Shown here piece after piece: positions 38,548-47,985 of a stretch of DNA of 50,901 nucleotides. Below the pieces are notes generated by a model. That model worked only from the letters and a program-made list of their open reading frames with translations, searched no databases and was not told the DNA's origin. Position numbers and translations under genes: made by a program. The stretch lies in the NCBI GenBank assembly GCA_965658655.1, contig CBFHTA010000004.1:1-50901 (forward strand), given 5' to 3'. Within the stretch, counting starts at the first letter, position 1. The number at the start of each line of letters is the position of its first letter. The DNA comes from Candidatus Babelota bacterium (GTDB lineage: Bacteria; Babelota; Babeliae; Babelales; CAIQNR01).

Positions 38548-39351
38548 CTATTTCTTTTGAACCACATAGCAATAAGCGAGTTTGGTGACATCAATAAGAG
38601 GCTTCACTTTAACGTCGTAATGCACACCAGTATCTTTAAAGTCTTGCACTTCTCCAATACCAAAGCCCGCAGGAAAGACGAGCCCCTCACCACTAGAAAC
38701 AACACGTTCGCCTTTTTTAAGTTTTGCTAGATGATCAACATGCAAAAGCGAACCCCTATCTGTTTGCTTGGTTCCTTGATAAATACCAACTGTTTTTGTT
38801 CTTGAACAGTATGATGCAACCTGACACACAGGATCGGTAATCAATGCCACCTTACTATAAAACGGATATACTTCTGTTACCTTACCAACCAAACAATTTT
38901 TATGAACTACTGCCATATTCTTCTGGACATTCTTTTGCTTACCAGCGTCGATTAAGAAGAAATGCTGATTCTCGAACTGTTTTAAAATAACTTTTGCAAG
39001 CTGCATCTCAGTTGTGTCATACCGCTTTTTAAAATTACGCAACTCACGTGTTTCATCTAAGAATACTTTTGAACTTTCTAGTTCTACTAATTGCTGATAC
39101 AAAGATTCGTTTTCTAGACGCAGCTGTTCAAGATCGTAAGTAAGTTTTTTTTTATCGTTCCAAAGTGAATACACAGAAAGAAAAGGACGCGAGATCCAAC
39201 CAGAGAAGGTAATAAAGGGGTAAGAGACAGTAGAAAGAACGTGCTCAAATCGACCAGGTGTTTTTACAAAAGCACGATGAATCAGAAAGAAACACAATGC
39301 GGCCAGTAATACATATTGAAATACTACTCTTTTTTCTTTATTTTTTTTCAC
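38548..39351 (-). CDS. mreC: Rod shape-determining protein MreC
   Basis: N-terminal TM, coiled coil LRLENESL, LIDAG...LVGKV, VVSSGEGLVFPAGFGIGEV. Confidence 0.9.
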   Translation of the reverse strand: MKKNKEKRVVFQYVLLAALCFFLIHRAFVKTPGRFEHVLSTVSYPFITFSGWISRPFLSVYSLWNDKKKLTYDLEQLRLENESLYQQLVELESSKVFLDETRELRNFKKRYDTTEMQLAKVILKQFENQHFFLIDAGKQKNVQKNMAVVHKNCLVGKVTEVYPFYSKVALITDPVCQVASYCSRTKTVGIYQGTKQTDRGSLLHVDHLAKLKKGERVVSSGEGLVFPAGFGIGEVQDFKDTGVHYDVKVKPLIDVTKLAYCYVVQKK

Positions 39352-40316
39352 TACTCTGCTCTAAAAAACTCCCGTAAACCTTCTTTAACTCTTTCCACAT
39401 CATTGCACACAACCAACTCTTTGCGCAACCTTGCTGCAGACATTTTACCTTTTAAGTAAAATGGAAGATGTTTTCTGAACACATGTAAACCAAGTGGTCC
39501 ATAATATTCAATCATATGATCAAGTTGCTCAAGTGCACATTGCAAGATCATTTCTTCTTCAATTTTAAATGGTCGCCCTTGTGAATGTTCGTACATCTCT
39601 TTAAGTTTCCATGGCTTTGACCACATACCACGACCAATCAAGAATCCATCAACACCAGTTTGCTCATACGCACGTTTTGCCAAAGGCCAATTTACAATAC
39701 CGCCAGAAAGCAACACAGGAATCTTTACAGCATCTTTTACCTGACCCGCAAGTTCATATTTAGGGACCCCTTCAAAACGCTGTGTTTGCAACCGAGGATG
39801 AATAGCAATTGCATCTGCACCACAATCTTGAATAAGTTTTGCAACTTCAATGGCATTTTCGTGTTTAAAACCTGCTCTAATTTTTACGGTAAATGGCAAA
39901 GGAATTCGCTCTCTAAATCTTTTTAAAAGTATTTCTAAACGAGGCAAATCACCCATTAAAGAAGAACCTGACCCAGAGCGAATAACATTTTTTGCAGGAC
40001 ACCCAATGTTAAGATCAATGCAGTCAACACCAGCAGCCAAAATTTTATCGCATGCTTTGTCTATAAAATCAGGTTTATTAGCTGAAACTTGATAATTCAA
40101 TGGCCGCTCAGACTGCTCAAACTTAAGAGCTTTAGCAGCACCTTTATCATTTGCTACACAACCAATATGACGCATTTCACCGTATAAAAGCGTGTCTTTA
40201 GAAAATTTCCTAACTAGCTTTCTAAACGGAGAATCGGTAATTCCATCAAGCGGACCGCCCATAAAACGAGGGAATTCAAGTTTCCCAATCTTAACCTTTG
40301 TATTCCAATACAACAT
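39351..40316 (-). CDS. dusB: tRNA-dihydrouridine synthase (DusB-like)
   Basis: Motifs PLDGITDSPFR, DLNIGCP, GSGSSL, TVKIR, IHPR and IGRG. ATG at 40316 follows GAGG. Confidence 0.9.
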   Translation of the reverse strand: MLYWNTKVKIGKLEFPRFMGGPLDGITDSPFRKLVRKFSKDTLLYGEMRHIGCVANDKGAAKALKFEQSERPLNYQVSANKPDFIDKACDKILAAGVDCIDLNIGCPAKNVIRSGSGSSLMGDLPRLEILLKRFRERIPLPFTVKIRAGFKHENAIEVAKLIQDCGADAIAIHPRLQTQRFEGVPKYELAGQVKDAVKIPVLLSGGIVNWPLAKRAYEQTGVDGFLIGRGMWSKPWKLKEMYEHSQGRPFKIEEEMILQCALEQLDHMIEYYGPLGLHVFRKHLPFYLKGKMSAARLRKELVVCNDVERVKEGLREFFRAE

Positions 40317-40401
40317 TGCAACCTCTAAAAAAGACAACTAATAGGCTTATAGAATAGCATACTATACCAAATTATACGAATTTTTTAATTCAAACCTAAG
40401 G

Positions 40402-40430
40402 TTGCCTTTAGAGCCTCCTAGTGGTACAAT
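40402..40430 (+). promoter_or_regulatory. Candidate sigma70 promoter of the 40472 gene
   Basis: TTGCCT-17 bp-TACAAT with a TGn extension. Confidence 0.55.
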
Positions 40431-40471
40431 AGAACCTTATTTACAAATTATACAATAAGGGTTTTAGGGAT

Positions 40472-41419
40472 ATGTCTTCTTTTATAAAAAATAGTTTATT
40501 TGTTTTAAGCTTATGTTTTGTTGTTCCAGCTCATACTGAATCAGAGAAATCTCAATTATTAGAATTTATAAATAACGAAACAGTAGCCCAAGGTATCCTT
40601 GGATCGATCTTATCTTATAAATTGCTCTGCTTTATGACCAACTCTACTTTTGATGCATATCATAAAATCGGCATGCAACAAGAAAAAGACGCGCTACAAC
40701 AAAATGCCTCTGATGAAGCAAAGCGCATAGGTGAAGCAATTCGCGAAATAAAGTTAACTCTAAAAACAAATAAGGGAAAAGAACCTCTCTTTGTTGCGTG
40801 CTCTTCAAACTTTCCAGGACTAATAGCAACCATAAAACAAGCAAACAATTATGGAATTATACTCGGAGGAGGGTCCCCAGACTTACTCTTTGGTTTAAGA
40901 GCTAACAGTCAAAAGGCTTCTAAAAAAGCGAGAGAATGCTTAATTAATCATGAATATTCTCATTTTAAACATAATGACGTACAGAAACGAAATATATTTG
41001 CATCAATGCAACCTCTTCTAATAACATTAACCTGGAGAGCAATGCGATATTCAGGAAACAATAAGATGACAGCAGGAACCGCAAGTATAATTACAGCATT
41101 AATACATAGTTATTTGGGAGGAAAACTCTCTCAAATGCATGAAACTAGAGCAGATTTAGAAGCATCTCAAGATCCAGAAGTACTTAAAGCTGGTGCTACT
41201 TGGTTCAAAGACACCTGGCATCCTTTTGAAGTAGAAGAATCTAAAAAGAATATTCACAATCTCTGCAAAAACCTAAATTTATCTTGTATTGAAGGTACCG
41301 TTGCCAACTTCTTACAATGGTTTAGAACGCACCCTACTAATGATCAACGAGCTAAAGATTTTATAAAGCATGCAGCACAATTAAGCTCAAAAAAACTCGA
41401 AAAAAAACAGACTCTTTAA
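40472..41419 (+). CDS. Exported M48-family metallopeptidase paralog
   Basis: Signal peptide, motifs INHEYSH, ETRAD and THPTNDQR. Confidence 0.82.
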   Translation: MSSFIKNSLFVLSLCFVVPAHTESEKSQLLEFINNETVAQGILGSILSYKLLCFMTNSTFDAYHKIGMQQEKDALQQNASDEAKRIGEAIREIKLTLKTNKGKEPLFVACSSNFPGLIATIKQANNYGIILGGGSPDLLFGLRANSQKASKKARECLINHEYSHFKHNDVQKRNIFASMQPLLITLTWRAMRYSGNNKMTAGTASIITALIHSYLGGKLSQMHETRADLEASQDPEVLKAGATWFKDTWHPFEVEESKKNIHNLCKNLNLSCIEGTVANFLQWFRTHPTNDQRAKDFIKHAAQLSSKKLEKKQTL

Positions 41420-41531
41420 AAACTCATTTTAAGCTCACAAGCTTATTCCTAGGCCTTTCCACTTGCGTTTTTCCACCTTGATGGCATATTCAAATAGAAT
41501 TTATACATAAAGTAACGAAACGGAAATTATA

Positions 41532-42416
41532 ATGTCTAAAGTATTTAAAGTAATTTTAAGCTTAAGTTTACTGATTTTAACTCAAACTCATGTTGCTGCA
41601 GGGCGATTTATTCAATTTTTTAAAGCTCCTTCAATAGCATTAGGAGTAACGGGCTCTATTGGTAGTTATACTTATCAAAGTGACGCTGTAAAAGAAAATT
41701 TCACAAAAGAAAAAAATCTAGCCCTAGAACAAACATCTAATCCTGAACTAGAAACGAAAAAAGCAGAGCTCAAACATTTCTGTGAAAAACAGAGAGGTGT
41801 TCATGTTGACTATATGACTTTTAATTCCATGGATATAGAAAATCCTTTAATAGAAGGGATTAAAATAAGCGGAGCCGCGGCACAAATGCATAACGGAGAG
41901 TCTCTTATACTCCTTGGTGATGAATTTAAATCAGACAATTCTAATACACCTCAAGAATTAAAAGATTTTTTGATAGGACATGAATGTACACATCTTGAAA
42001 AAGAAGACCTAAAGAAAAGATGTGCTACCAGGGCGCTCATACCTTTATCTGTAACAACAGCATGGAGATGCGCTCGATTTGGAGGAAGAGGAAAGATTGT
42101 TGGATCATTAGCTGGATTAATAGGATTATTAACAAGCACAAAAATTACAAATTCTTATATACATTTTCAAGAATTTAGAGCTGACGAAAAAGCTTCCGAA
42201 GACCCAAATACATTAGAAGCTGGAGCGCAGTTCTTTGAAAAAATATATAACGAACAAGTTGCCCAACAAAAAGCAATCAATACTTATGGATCTGAAGAAG
42301 AAAAAATACATTATGCTGGAGTAATGGGAGTTATGAAAGCAATGCACCCGTGCCCTCTAGAACGTGCACAAAGACTTCGAAAACAAGCTACGAAAATTCG
42401 TACAGAAGAAAAATAG
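41532..42416 (+). CDS. Exported M48-family metallopeptidase paralog
   Basis: Signal peptide, motifs IGHECTH, EFRAD and MHPCPLER. Confidence 0.82.
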   Translation: MSKVFKVILSLSLLILTQTHVAAGRFIQFFKAPSIALGVTGSIGSYTYQSDAVKENFTKEKNLALEQTSNPELETKKAELKHFCEKQRGVHVDYMTFNSMDIENPLIEGIKISGAAAQMHNGESLILLGDEFKSDNSNTPQELKDFLIGHECTHLEKEDLKKRCATRALIPLSVTTAWRCARFGGRGKIVGSLAGLIGLLTSTKITNSYIHFQEFRADEKASEDPNTLEAGAQFFEKIYNEQVAQQKAINTYGSEEEKIHYAGVMGVMKAMHPCPLERAQRLRKQATKIRTEEK

Positions 42417-42531
42417 ATCAATAAGTTAGCTAAAAAATAAACGAATTCCATCATTCAAAAATTATTTCTACTCATAACACTTATCACTTCTTATAAGGAA
42501 AGTTAGAATAGGAAAGATACATTAAAGAAAA

Positions 42532-42551
42532 AGGAACAGTAAACTGCTCCT
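42532..42551 (-). terminator. Terminator after the 51-aa gene
   Basis: Minus strand aggagcagt-tt-actgttcct followed by a T run. Confidence 0.6.
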
Positions 42552-42578
42552 CTTTCTTGTGATCCGTGACTTTTGTTT

Positions 42579-42734
42579 TTATTTGCTTGGTAGAATTCTG
42601 AAAACTGTCGTGCCGCATTTTGCACATTGGCCTTTCATTGCACGGCGCGTTTTGTTTCCTTTTGCTTTCATACTTACTTCTTTTCCGTTAGCAATCTCGC
42701 ATTTAGCCTTACACTTTACGCAATATCCTTCCAT
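42579..42734 (-). CDS. 51-aa basic zinc-ribbon protein (DUF5679-like), below the ORF-track cutoff
   Basis: AAGGAG RBS. Translates as MEGYCVKCKAKCEIANGKEVSMKAKGNKTRRAMKGQCAKCGTTVFRILPSK* with two CxxC pairs. Confidence 0.88.
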   Translation of the reverse strand: MEGYCVKCKAKCEIANGKEVSMKAKGNKTRRAMKGQCAKCGTTVFRILPSK

Positions 42735-42881
42735 GACTCACTCCTTTTTTTGGACTAACGCCCTATGTTATTCTTCCCCACCCTTCTGAGGGACATATTG
42801 TTCAATGTAACACACTCACAAACCTAGGAACAACAACTCAAGCTCATTTAATGTCAAAAAGAAACTAGTTAAAGCTTTTTT

Positions 42882-43739
42882 TTAAAAATCATACGCAAAT
42901 CGCACACCAAGTCTTCCTCGTTCATCTGGTGAAAAACCAAGATGCATGTCTTTTGGAATAGTAATACCTTTGAACGCAGTATGCGCTGCTACAGCTACAA
43001 TTGTACCGAGGCCCATTCCTGCAATACCTTGAGAAAGGTAATGATGATTACACGAAACGTTCATTCCAAGGGCAAATGCAGTAAACAATCCCAACGGGAT
43101 CCCTGCTCGTATTCCTTTTTCCATACCCCAAAAAACTGCCATGTAAGTAGTTATAGCCATATGGCCGGAAGGATTTCCTCCATGAGCACGTTTATGTTTA
43201 TCAAAATTTTCATGCCATGGACGCAGGTTCCCCTTAACTTTTATTTCTTTTAAAAGAATCTTTAAGGTAAAACACCAGATTAATCCATTGGTAAAAATTT
43301 GAGCCCTTCTTCGATCATATGGATTATGATGAATGAAACCAAGTAATCCAATGGCAATAAAAGGTGCAGAAATATATTTATCATCAAGAGCTAAATCACA
43401 AAAGAATTTTCTGGGTTGATGTTTATTTGTATGGGTCTCAATATCGTAAAACTGCCTATGCAAACGATTGTCAACACGACGAGCTGAAAGATAAAAGGGC
43501 ATGAAGATTGTAGCCAAACGCATGGTTTCTAACGTTACAATCTCTCGACCAATAGATCTGGTATCTTCAAAAATGTTTTTAACATAACCATTTACACGTT
43601 TTGAAGTGAAACGATCAAACGGATTCCCTTTTTTTAGTTTCTCTTTTAGTTTGTGCGTACGAACATGCTTTTTTTTCTTATCTTCTCCATACAATGGTGC
43701 AATACATATAAGCGCTAAAAGAATATACCCCAACTTCAT
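42882..43739 (-). CDS. PAP2-family phosphatase
   Basis: K-x7-RP (KEIKVKGNLRP), PSGH and HHYLSQ motifs, plus a signal peptide. Confidence 0.85.
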   Translation of the reverse strand: MKLGYILLALICIAPLYGEDKKKKHVRTHKLKEKLKKGNPFDRFTSKRVNGYVKNIFEDTRSIGREIVTLETMRLATIFMPFYLSARRVDNRLHRQFYDIETHTNKHQPRKFFCDLALDDKYISAPFIAIGLLGFIHHNPYDRRRAQIFTNGLIWCFTLKILLKEIKVKGNLRPWHENFDKHKRAHGGNPSGHMAITTYMAVFWGMEKGIRAGIPLGLFTAFALGMNVSCNHHYLSQGIAGMGLGTIVAVAAHTAFKGITIPKDMHLGFSPDERGRLGVRFAYDF

Positions 43740-43830
43740 ACCACCCCCTGTAGTTTTATATCTGCCTATATCTACCTAACAGTATAAAAAACTACAGAGA
43801 TCATTTTCAAGTATTTGTTTACAGATAGAA

Positions 43831-45267
43831 TTAAATATCAGGGTGTTGTGTATGCCAATCAGTTTTTTGTTGATATGCATACGCTGCTTGATACAAAAGC
43901 CCTTCAGACAAACGTGGACCAATCAATTGCATTCCAATCGGCATCTTCTCTTGAGAAAATCCAATAGGAACAGACAAAGCAGGTACACCACTTAAATTAG
44001 CTGGTGCAGTAAAGTAATCTTGCAAATCCATCGCTAATTTATCATCGTCATATGCGCCAAATTTAAATGCAGGAGCTGATTGAGTTGGCATAACAAGTAC
44101 ATCAACGTTTCTAAAGGCATCATCAAGTTCTTGACGAATTGCACGACGAACGCGCTGTGCATTATCATAATAATCACCAGCGTGCCCTACAGACAATACA
44201 TAGTTACCCACCATAATACGCGCTTTTACTTCTGTCCCAAAGCCATCGTGTCTGGTCTGCTCGTACATATCGGTCAAATCTTTTTCTTTTACACGCATGC
44301 CATAACGTACTCCATCAAAGCGAGCAAGGTTAGAAGCAGCTTCTGCACGACTAATAATAAAGTATGAAGCAGCACAGTACTCAAGACTTTTAATGCGTAC
44401 ACGCTTTACCTTGGCACCCATCTCTTCGTATACCTTAATAGCATCTTCTACGTTTTTCTTAACATCTGGATGCAATCCTTCTGCTTCAAGCGCATCGTCT
44501 ATGACACCAATTGTTAAATCTTTTGGTAAAGAACCATCTAAACGTTGTGTATAATCTTTCTTTTCTACCGATAGGCTTGAAGAATCCTTAAGATCTAAAC
44601 CTGCAATTGCTGAAAGAACTAAAGCGTTGTCATAAACCGTACGAGTAAAGATCCCAACAGTATCAAGCGAAGAACCGTACGCAATCAAACCATAACGCGA
44701 GTTAAGACCATAGGTCGGCTTAAGACCTACAATTCCACAAAACGCTGCTGGTTGGCGAACAGAACCCCCTGTATCTGAACCAAGTGCCCATGGAGCAAGA
44801 CCTGCTGCAACTGCTGCTGCTGAACCACTGCTAGAACCACCTGGAACACGTGTTTTATCCCACGGGTTTTTTGTTTTACCAAAAGCTGAAGTTTCACCTG
44901 AGCTTCCCATAGCGAATTCGTCCATATTAGTACGACCTAGAAGAAAAGCACCTTCTTTTTGAAGTCGTTCTACCACCGTTGCATTATAGTTAGAACTAAA
45001 ATTTTCTAAAATCTTTGATGCACAAGAAGAAATACGATCTTTCTGACAAATATTATCTTTAATATAGCCTGGAATTGCAGACAAAATGCCTAAAGACTTG
45101 AAACTATCTAGAACAGATTCTTTATCAAACACCTCTAGCACAGCGCCTAGATCTTTGTGTTTTTTTGCTCTTTCAATGTAGTAATCAAGTATCTCTTCGT
45201 GCGTTACTTCTCCATTTTCTAATAATTCTTTAAGCTCTTTAATAGTCTTAAATGCCAAATCTTTCAT
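43831..45267 (-). CDS. gatA: Asp/Glu-tRNA amidotransferase subunit A
   Basis: Motifs KDNI, NMDEFAMGSS, PGGSSSGSAAAV, GSDTGGSVRQPA and SNLARFDGVRYG. Confidence 0.97.
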   Translation of the reverse strand: MKDLAFKTIKELKELLENGEVTHEEILDYYIERAKKHKDLGAVLEVFDKESVLDSFKSLGILSAIPGYIKDNICQKDRISSCASKILENFSSNYNATVVERLQKEGAFLLGRTNMDEFAMGSSGETSAFGKTKNPWDKTRVPGGSSSGSAAAVAAGLAPWALGSDTGGSVRQPAAFCGIVGLKPTYGLNSRYGLIAYGSSLDTVGIFTRTVYDNALVLSAIAGLDLKDSSSLSVEKKDYTQRLDGSLPKDLTIGVIDDALEAEGLHPDVKKNVEDAIKVYEEMGAKVKRVRIKSLEYCAASYFIISRAEAASNLARFDGVRYGMRVKEKDLTDMYEQTRHDGFGTEVKARIMVGNYVLSVGHAGDYYDNAQRVRRAIRQELDDAFRNVDVLVMPTQSAPAFKFGAYDDDKLAMDLQDYFTAPANLSGVPALSVPIGFSQEKMPIGMQLIGPRLSEGLLYQAAYAYQQKTDWHTQHPDI

Positions 45268-45280
45268 GCAGAACCTCGTA

Positions 45281-45565
45281 TTACTTGCTGTCTAAAATTT
45301 TAGGGACGACAAAATAGTTTTCTTCTCGCTCGGGTGCCCGATCAAGAATAGGCTCTGGACTTTGTTTTACAACTACGTCTTCACGCAAAAAGTTTACATT
45401 TCTATTAGATGGCTGATCATCAAGCTCTGCTGCCACCTGTCTTACCCGTTCAGCATAAGAAAGAACTGCCTCCAATTGATTGATCAGAGGGTCTATCTCA
45501 GAATCTTTAATCGCAATACGCGAGATACTTGCTATTTTCAGGGCTTCTTCTTTTGTAATTTTCAT
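45281..45565 (-). CDS. gatC: Asp/Glu-tRNA amidotransferase subunit C
   Basis: MKITKEEALKIASISRI...LREDVV...APEREENYFVVPKI, with an ATGA overlap with the MATE gene stop. Confidence 0.95.
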   Translation of the reverse strand: MKITKEEALKIASISRIAIKDSEIDPLINQLEAVLSYAERVRQVAAELDDQPSNRNVNFLREDVVVKQSPEPILDRAPEREENYFVVPKILDSK

Positions 45566-46995
45566 CCAACACCTTTTACTGCTTTTTGTTTCCACGCATC
45601 TTGTCTGAATCTTCGAATGTATACCAAGCTCATTATACCGTTACAGATATATAAAGAGCTGTAGACCAATACAAATTTGAGCACTGTATTCTGAGTATCC
45701 AAACAAGAGAATCCATATGCCATAGGAGCGAAGATTAACCCGCAGACTACAAGCCGTGTCCACATAACTACGCGAACATTGGCTGCCCCACGGAGCGCTC
45801 CAGCAAGGAGTAATTGTAGCACATCGAAGAAAGCAAGTACACTTATAATTGGAAACGCCTTAGCCGCAAAAGCAGTAAATTCCCCTTTAAAGTCGAAGAA
45901 CTGTATAACCGTTGCTGGGTTAAGCGCACACGCAAAAAGTATCACAAACACACTTACAGCAGATAAAAAGACAATCTTTTTAATGGTACTTTTAATTCCA
46001 TCCCAATCTTGGCGACCATAATAATTACTCACTAAAAAGGTAATAACCTGAGCAAAAGCAATAGCCGGAAGCAGCGCAAAACGCTCTAAGTCTTTAACGA
46101 CCGAGAAACTTGCCAGCACACAGGTCCCCATCGGAGCAAGACAATGAACCAGCCATACGTATGAACAAGAGAGAGCAGCTTTGTCTATCATCACTGGTAA
46201 ACTTACCGCAAAAAGCTCTTTGACTCTTGGCCAAGAAGCAAATGCACCCCAAAGATTAATATCATATTTTTCGAGCATGCCACTAAAATTAATATAGAAC
46301 AGTACAGCAATAGTCATGAATATATATTGAATAACAGACGCCGTCGCAGAACCGAGTAATCCAAGCTCTGGAAAGCCAAATACTCCAAAAATTAATGCGT
46401 AGTCAAAAAAGAGAAAAACAATGCTTCCAAGAATAAAAATATTCATAGGTGTTTCAGCATCTTTAATACCGCGTAAAAACCCAATGAACGCAAAGTATAC
46501 AAAGGTAAAAAACACCCCTATTGCACGAATACGCAAAAATGGAACACCCAGTGTTACCATTTCTGCAGGCACTCCATACCAACTGTAGATACTTGCAGCA
46601 CCCATATATAACATTCCTGCAATACAACCACCAGTTAAAATAGTGGTCCAAAAAGAATTAACCAGTGCATTACCAGCACGTTTAAAACTTCCCAGTCCAT
46701 TAAGTTGACCCGTCATAATAATAGTACCAACAGAAAGACCTTCTGCCATTTTTATAATAGAATGCAACAGCATATTTGTTACACCAAGGGTAGCATACGC
46801 CGATGTAGACTTTAGATTCGCAATCCATCGCGCATCAATAAGAAGGGGAACCGAGTACAAAATAACTGCAGTAATAAATTCAGGAATAAAATAACGCGCA
46901 ATGTCTCCAAATCCTTGCCCATGCTCACGATCTTTTACTCCAGCAACATAACTAGTCAAAATATTTTTCTTTATAGCGTCTGGTCGAGTCTTCAT
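45562..46995 (-). CDS. MATE family efflux transporter
   Basis: Two repeats with GFLRGIKDAETPM, FGFPELGLLGSATA and GALRGAAN. Confidence 0.92.
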   Translation of the reverse strand: MKTRPDAIKKNILTSYVAGVKDREHGQGFGDIARYFIPEFITAVILYSVPLLIDARWIANLKSTSAYATLGVTNMLLHSIIKMAEGLSVGTIIMTGQLNGLGSFKRAGNALVNSFWTTILTGGCIAGMLYMGAASIYSWYGVPAEMVTLGVPFLRIRAIGVFFTFVYFAFIGFLRGIKDAETPMNIFILGSIVFLFFDYALIFGVFGFPELGLLGSATASVIQYIFMTIAVLFYINFSGMLEKYDINLWGAFASWPRVKELFAVSLPVMIDKAALSCSYVWLVHCLAPMGTCVLASFSVVKDLERFALLPAIAFAQVITFLVSNYYGRQDWDGIKSTIKKIVFLSAVSVFVILFACALNPATVIQFFDFKGEFTAFAAKAFPIISVLAFFDVLQLLLAGALRGAANVRVVMWTRLVVCGLIFAPMAYGFSCLDTQNTVLKFVLVYSSLYICNGIMSLVYIRRFRQDAWKQKAVKGVG

Positions 46996-47267
46996 CTTTC
47001 TCTCCTTAGCTTTTTAATCTCAGCAATTGCCTGATTCCCTTGATGTTGTTACAACATAAAAAAAATTCTCTCTCCAAGCAAATATCTCTCTCTATTAATC
47101 TTACTATTTTTCAATTTATCTTCGACATAGATTTCAAATAATTAATTTAAATCATATTAAAAAATAAAATTATTTTCTCTTATAAAACTTTTTGTTTACT
47201 TTTGAAGTCACCAATTGTTAGTCTAGATCAATGAAGTGGTTGTTGTATCTAAAAAAAGGAGGGTATC

Positions 47268-47969
47268 ATGAATAAAATAATCAAAATGTTATTATTAATA
47301 ATGCTCACAGGAGCAAAAAATATTACTGGAAAAGGATTTAGTCCTCATATGGTAACGTTTTTCTTTAAGAATTATCCAAAGATAGAAAAGAACAGTTTTA
47401 AAAAAGTACCACTCAAGAATAATCCGCGCGCAGGAATTGTAGTTTCTTATTTCGGGTTTATGACAACATCTGACAAAGCCGGAGAAGTTATGTTTCCAAG
47501 ACGTCACCAAGCTCCAGAATTCTCGATATTAATATCAGATAATCCACAGCCAGTCTTTATGTTAGAGAATACTATTCATCATTGGCAGGTAAGAAAAAAA
47601 GCAAAATATGCTTTTTATACTGTTAAACGCGAAAGAGATTCGCGCACAAAATTATTTTTTTGGAGTGTAAAAAAAGCAAATCTTCCCAAGGACAAACATT
47701 TATCAGTTCATACTATGGTAGTTTTTGCAGATCCTGGTAGTATTTATGTTCCGGAAGGTATAACAATTACTAAAAATAAACCTCAGATCTTCTTACCGCC
47801 TCTTTACGCAAAAGAAAACCATTCTGCTGCTAAAAACGCCCTTGCGGCGCTTGAGATACGTGCATTCTTCGACCCTATAAATCGAGTGTACAACATCAAA
47901 AAGCCAGAAGAGAATTCTAAAGAGACACATAAAAAACCTGAGCGTATGATTCAACAACATTTAGGATAA
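47268..47969 (+). CDS. Exported hypothetical protein
   Basis: AGGAGGG RBS, hydrophobic N-terminus, 233 aa. Confidence 0.75.
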   Translation: MNKIIKMLLLIMLTGAKNITGKGFSPHMVTFFFKNYPKIEKNSFKKVPLKNNPRAGIVVSYFGFMTTSDKAGEVMFPRRHQAPEFSILISDNPQPVFMLENTIHHWQVRKKAKYAFYTVKRERDSRTKLFFWSVKKANLPKDKHLSVHTMVVFADPGSIYVPEGITITKNKPQIFLPPLYAKENHSAAKNALAALEIRAFFDPINRVYNIKKPEENSKETHKKPERMIQQHLG

Positions 47970-47985
47970 AGGCGCACATAACATC

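Noticed and set aside
42559..42789. Plus-strand 76-aa ORF
   Set aside because: Antisense to the better supported 51-aa zinc-ribbon gene.
13852..45565. Split operons: pheS without pheT, gatCA without gatB, mreC without mreB/D, prfA without prmC
   Set aside because: Ordinary in rearranged genomes; the partners are probably outside the window.
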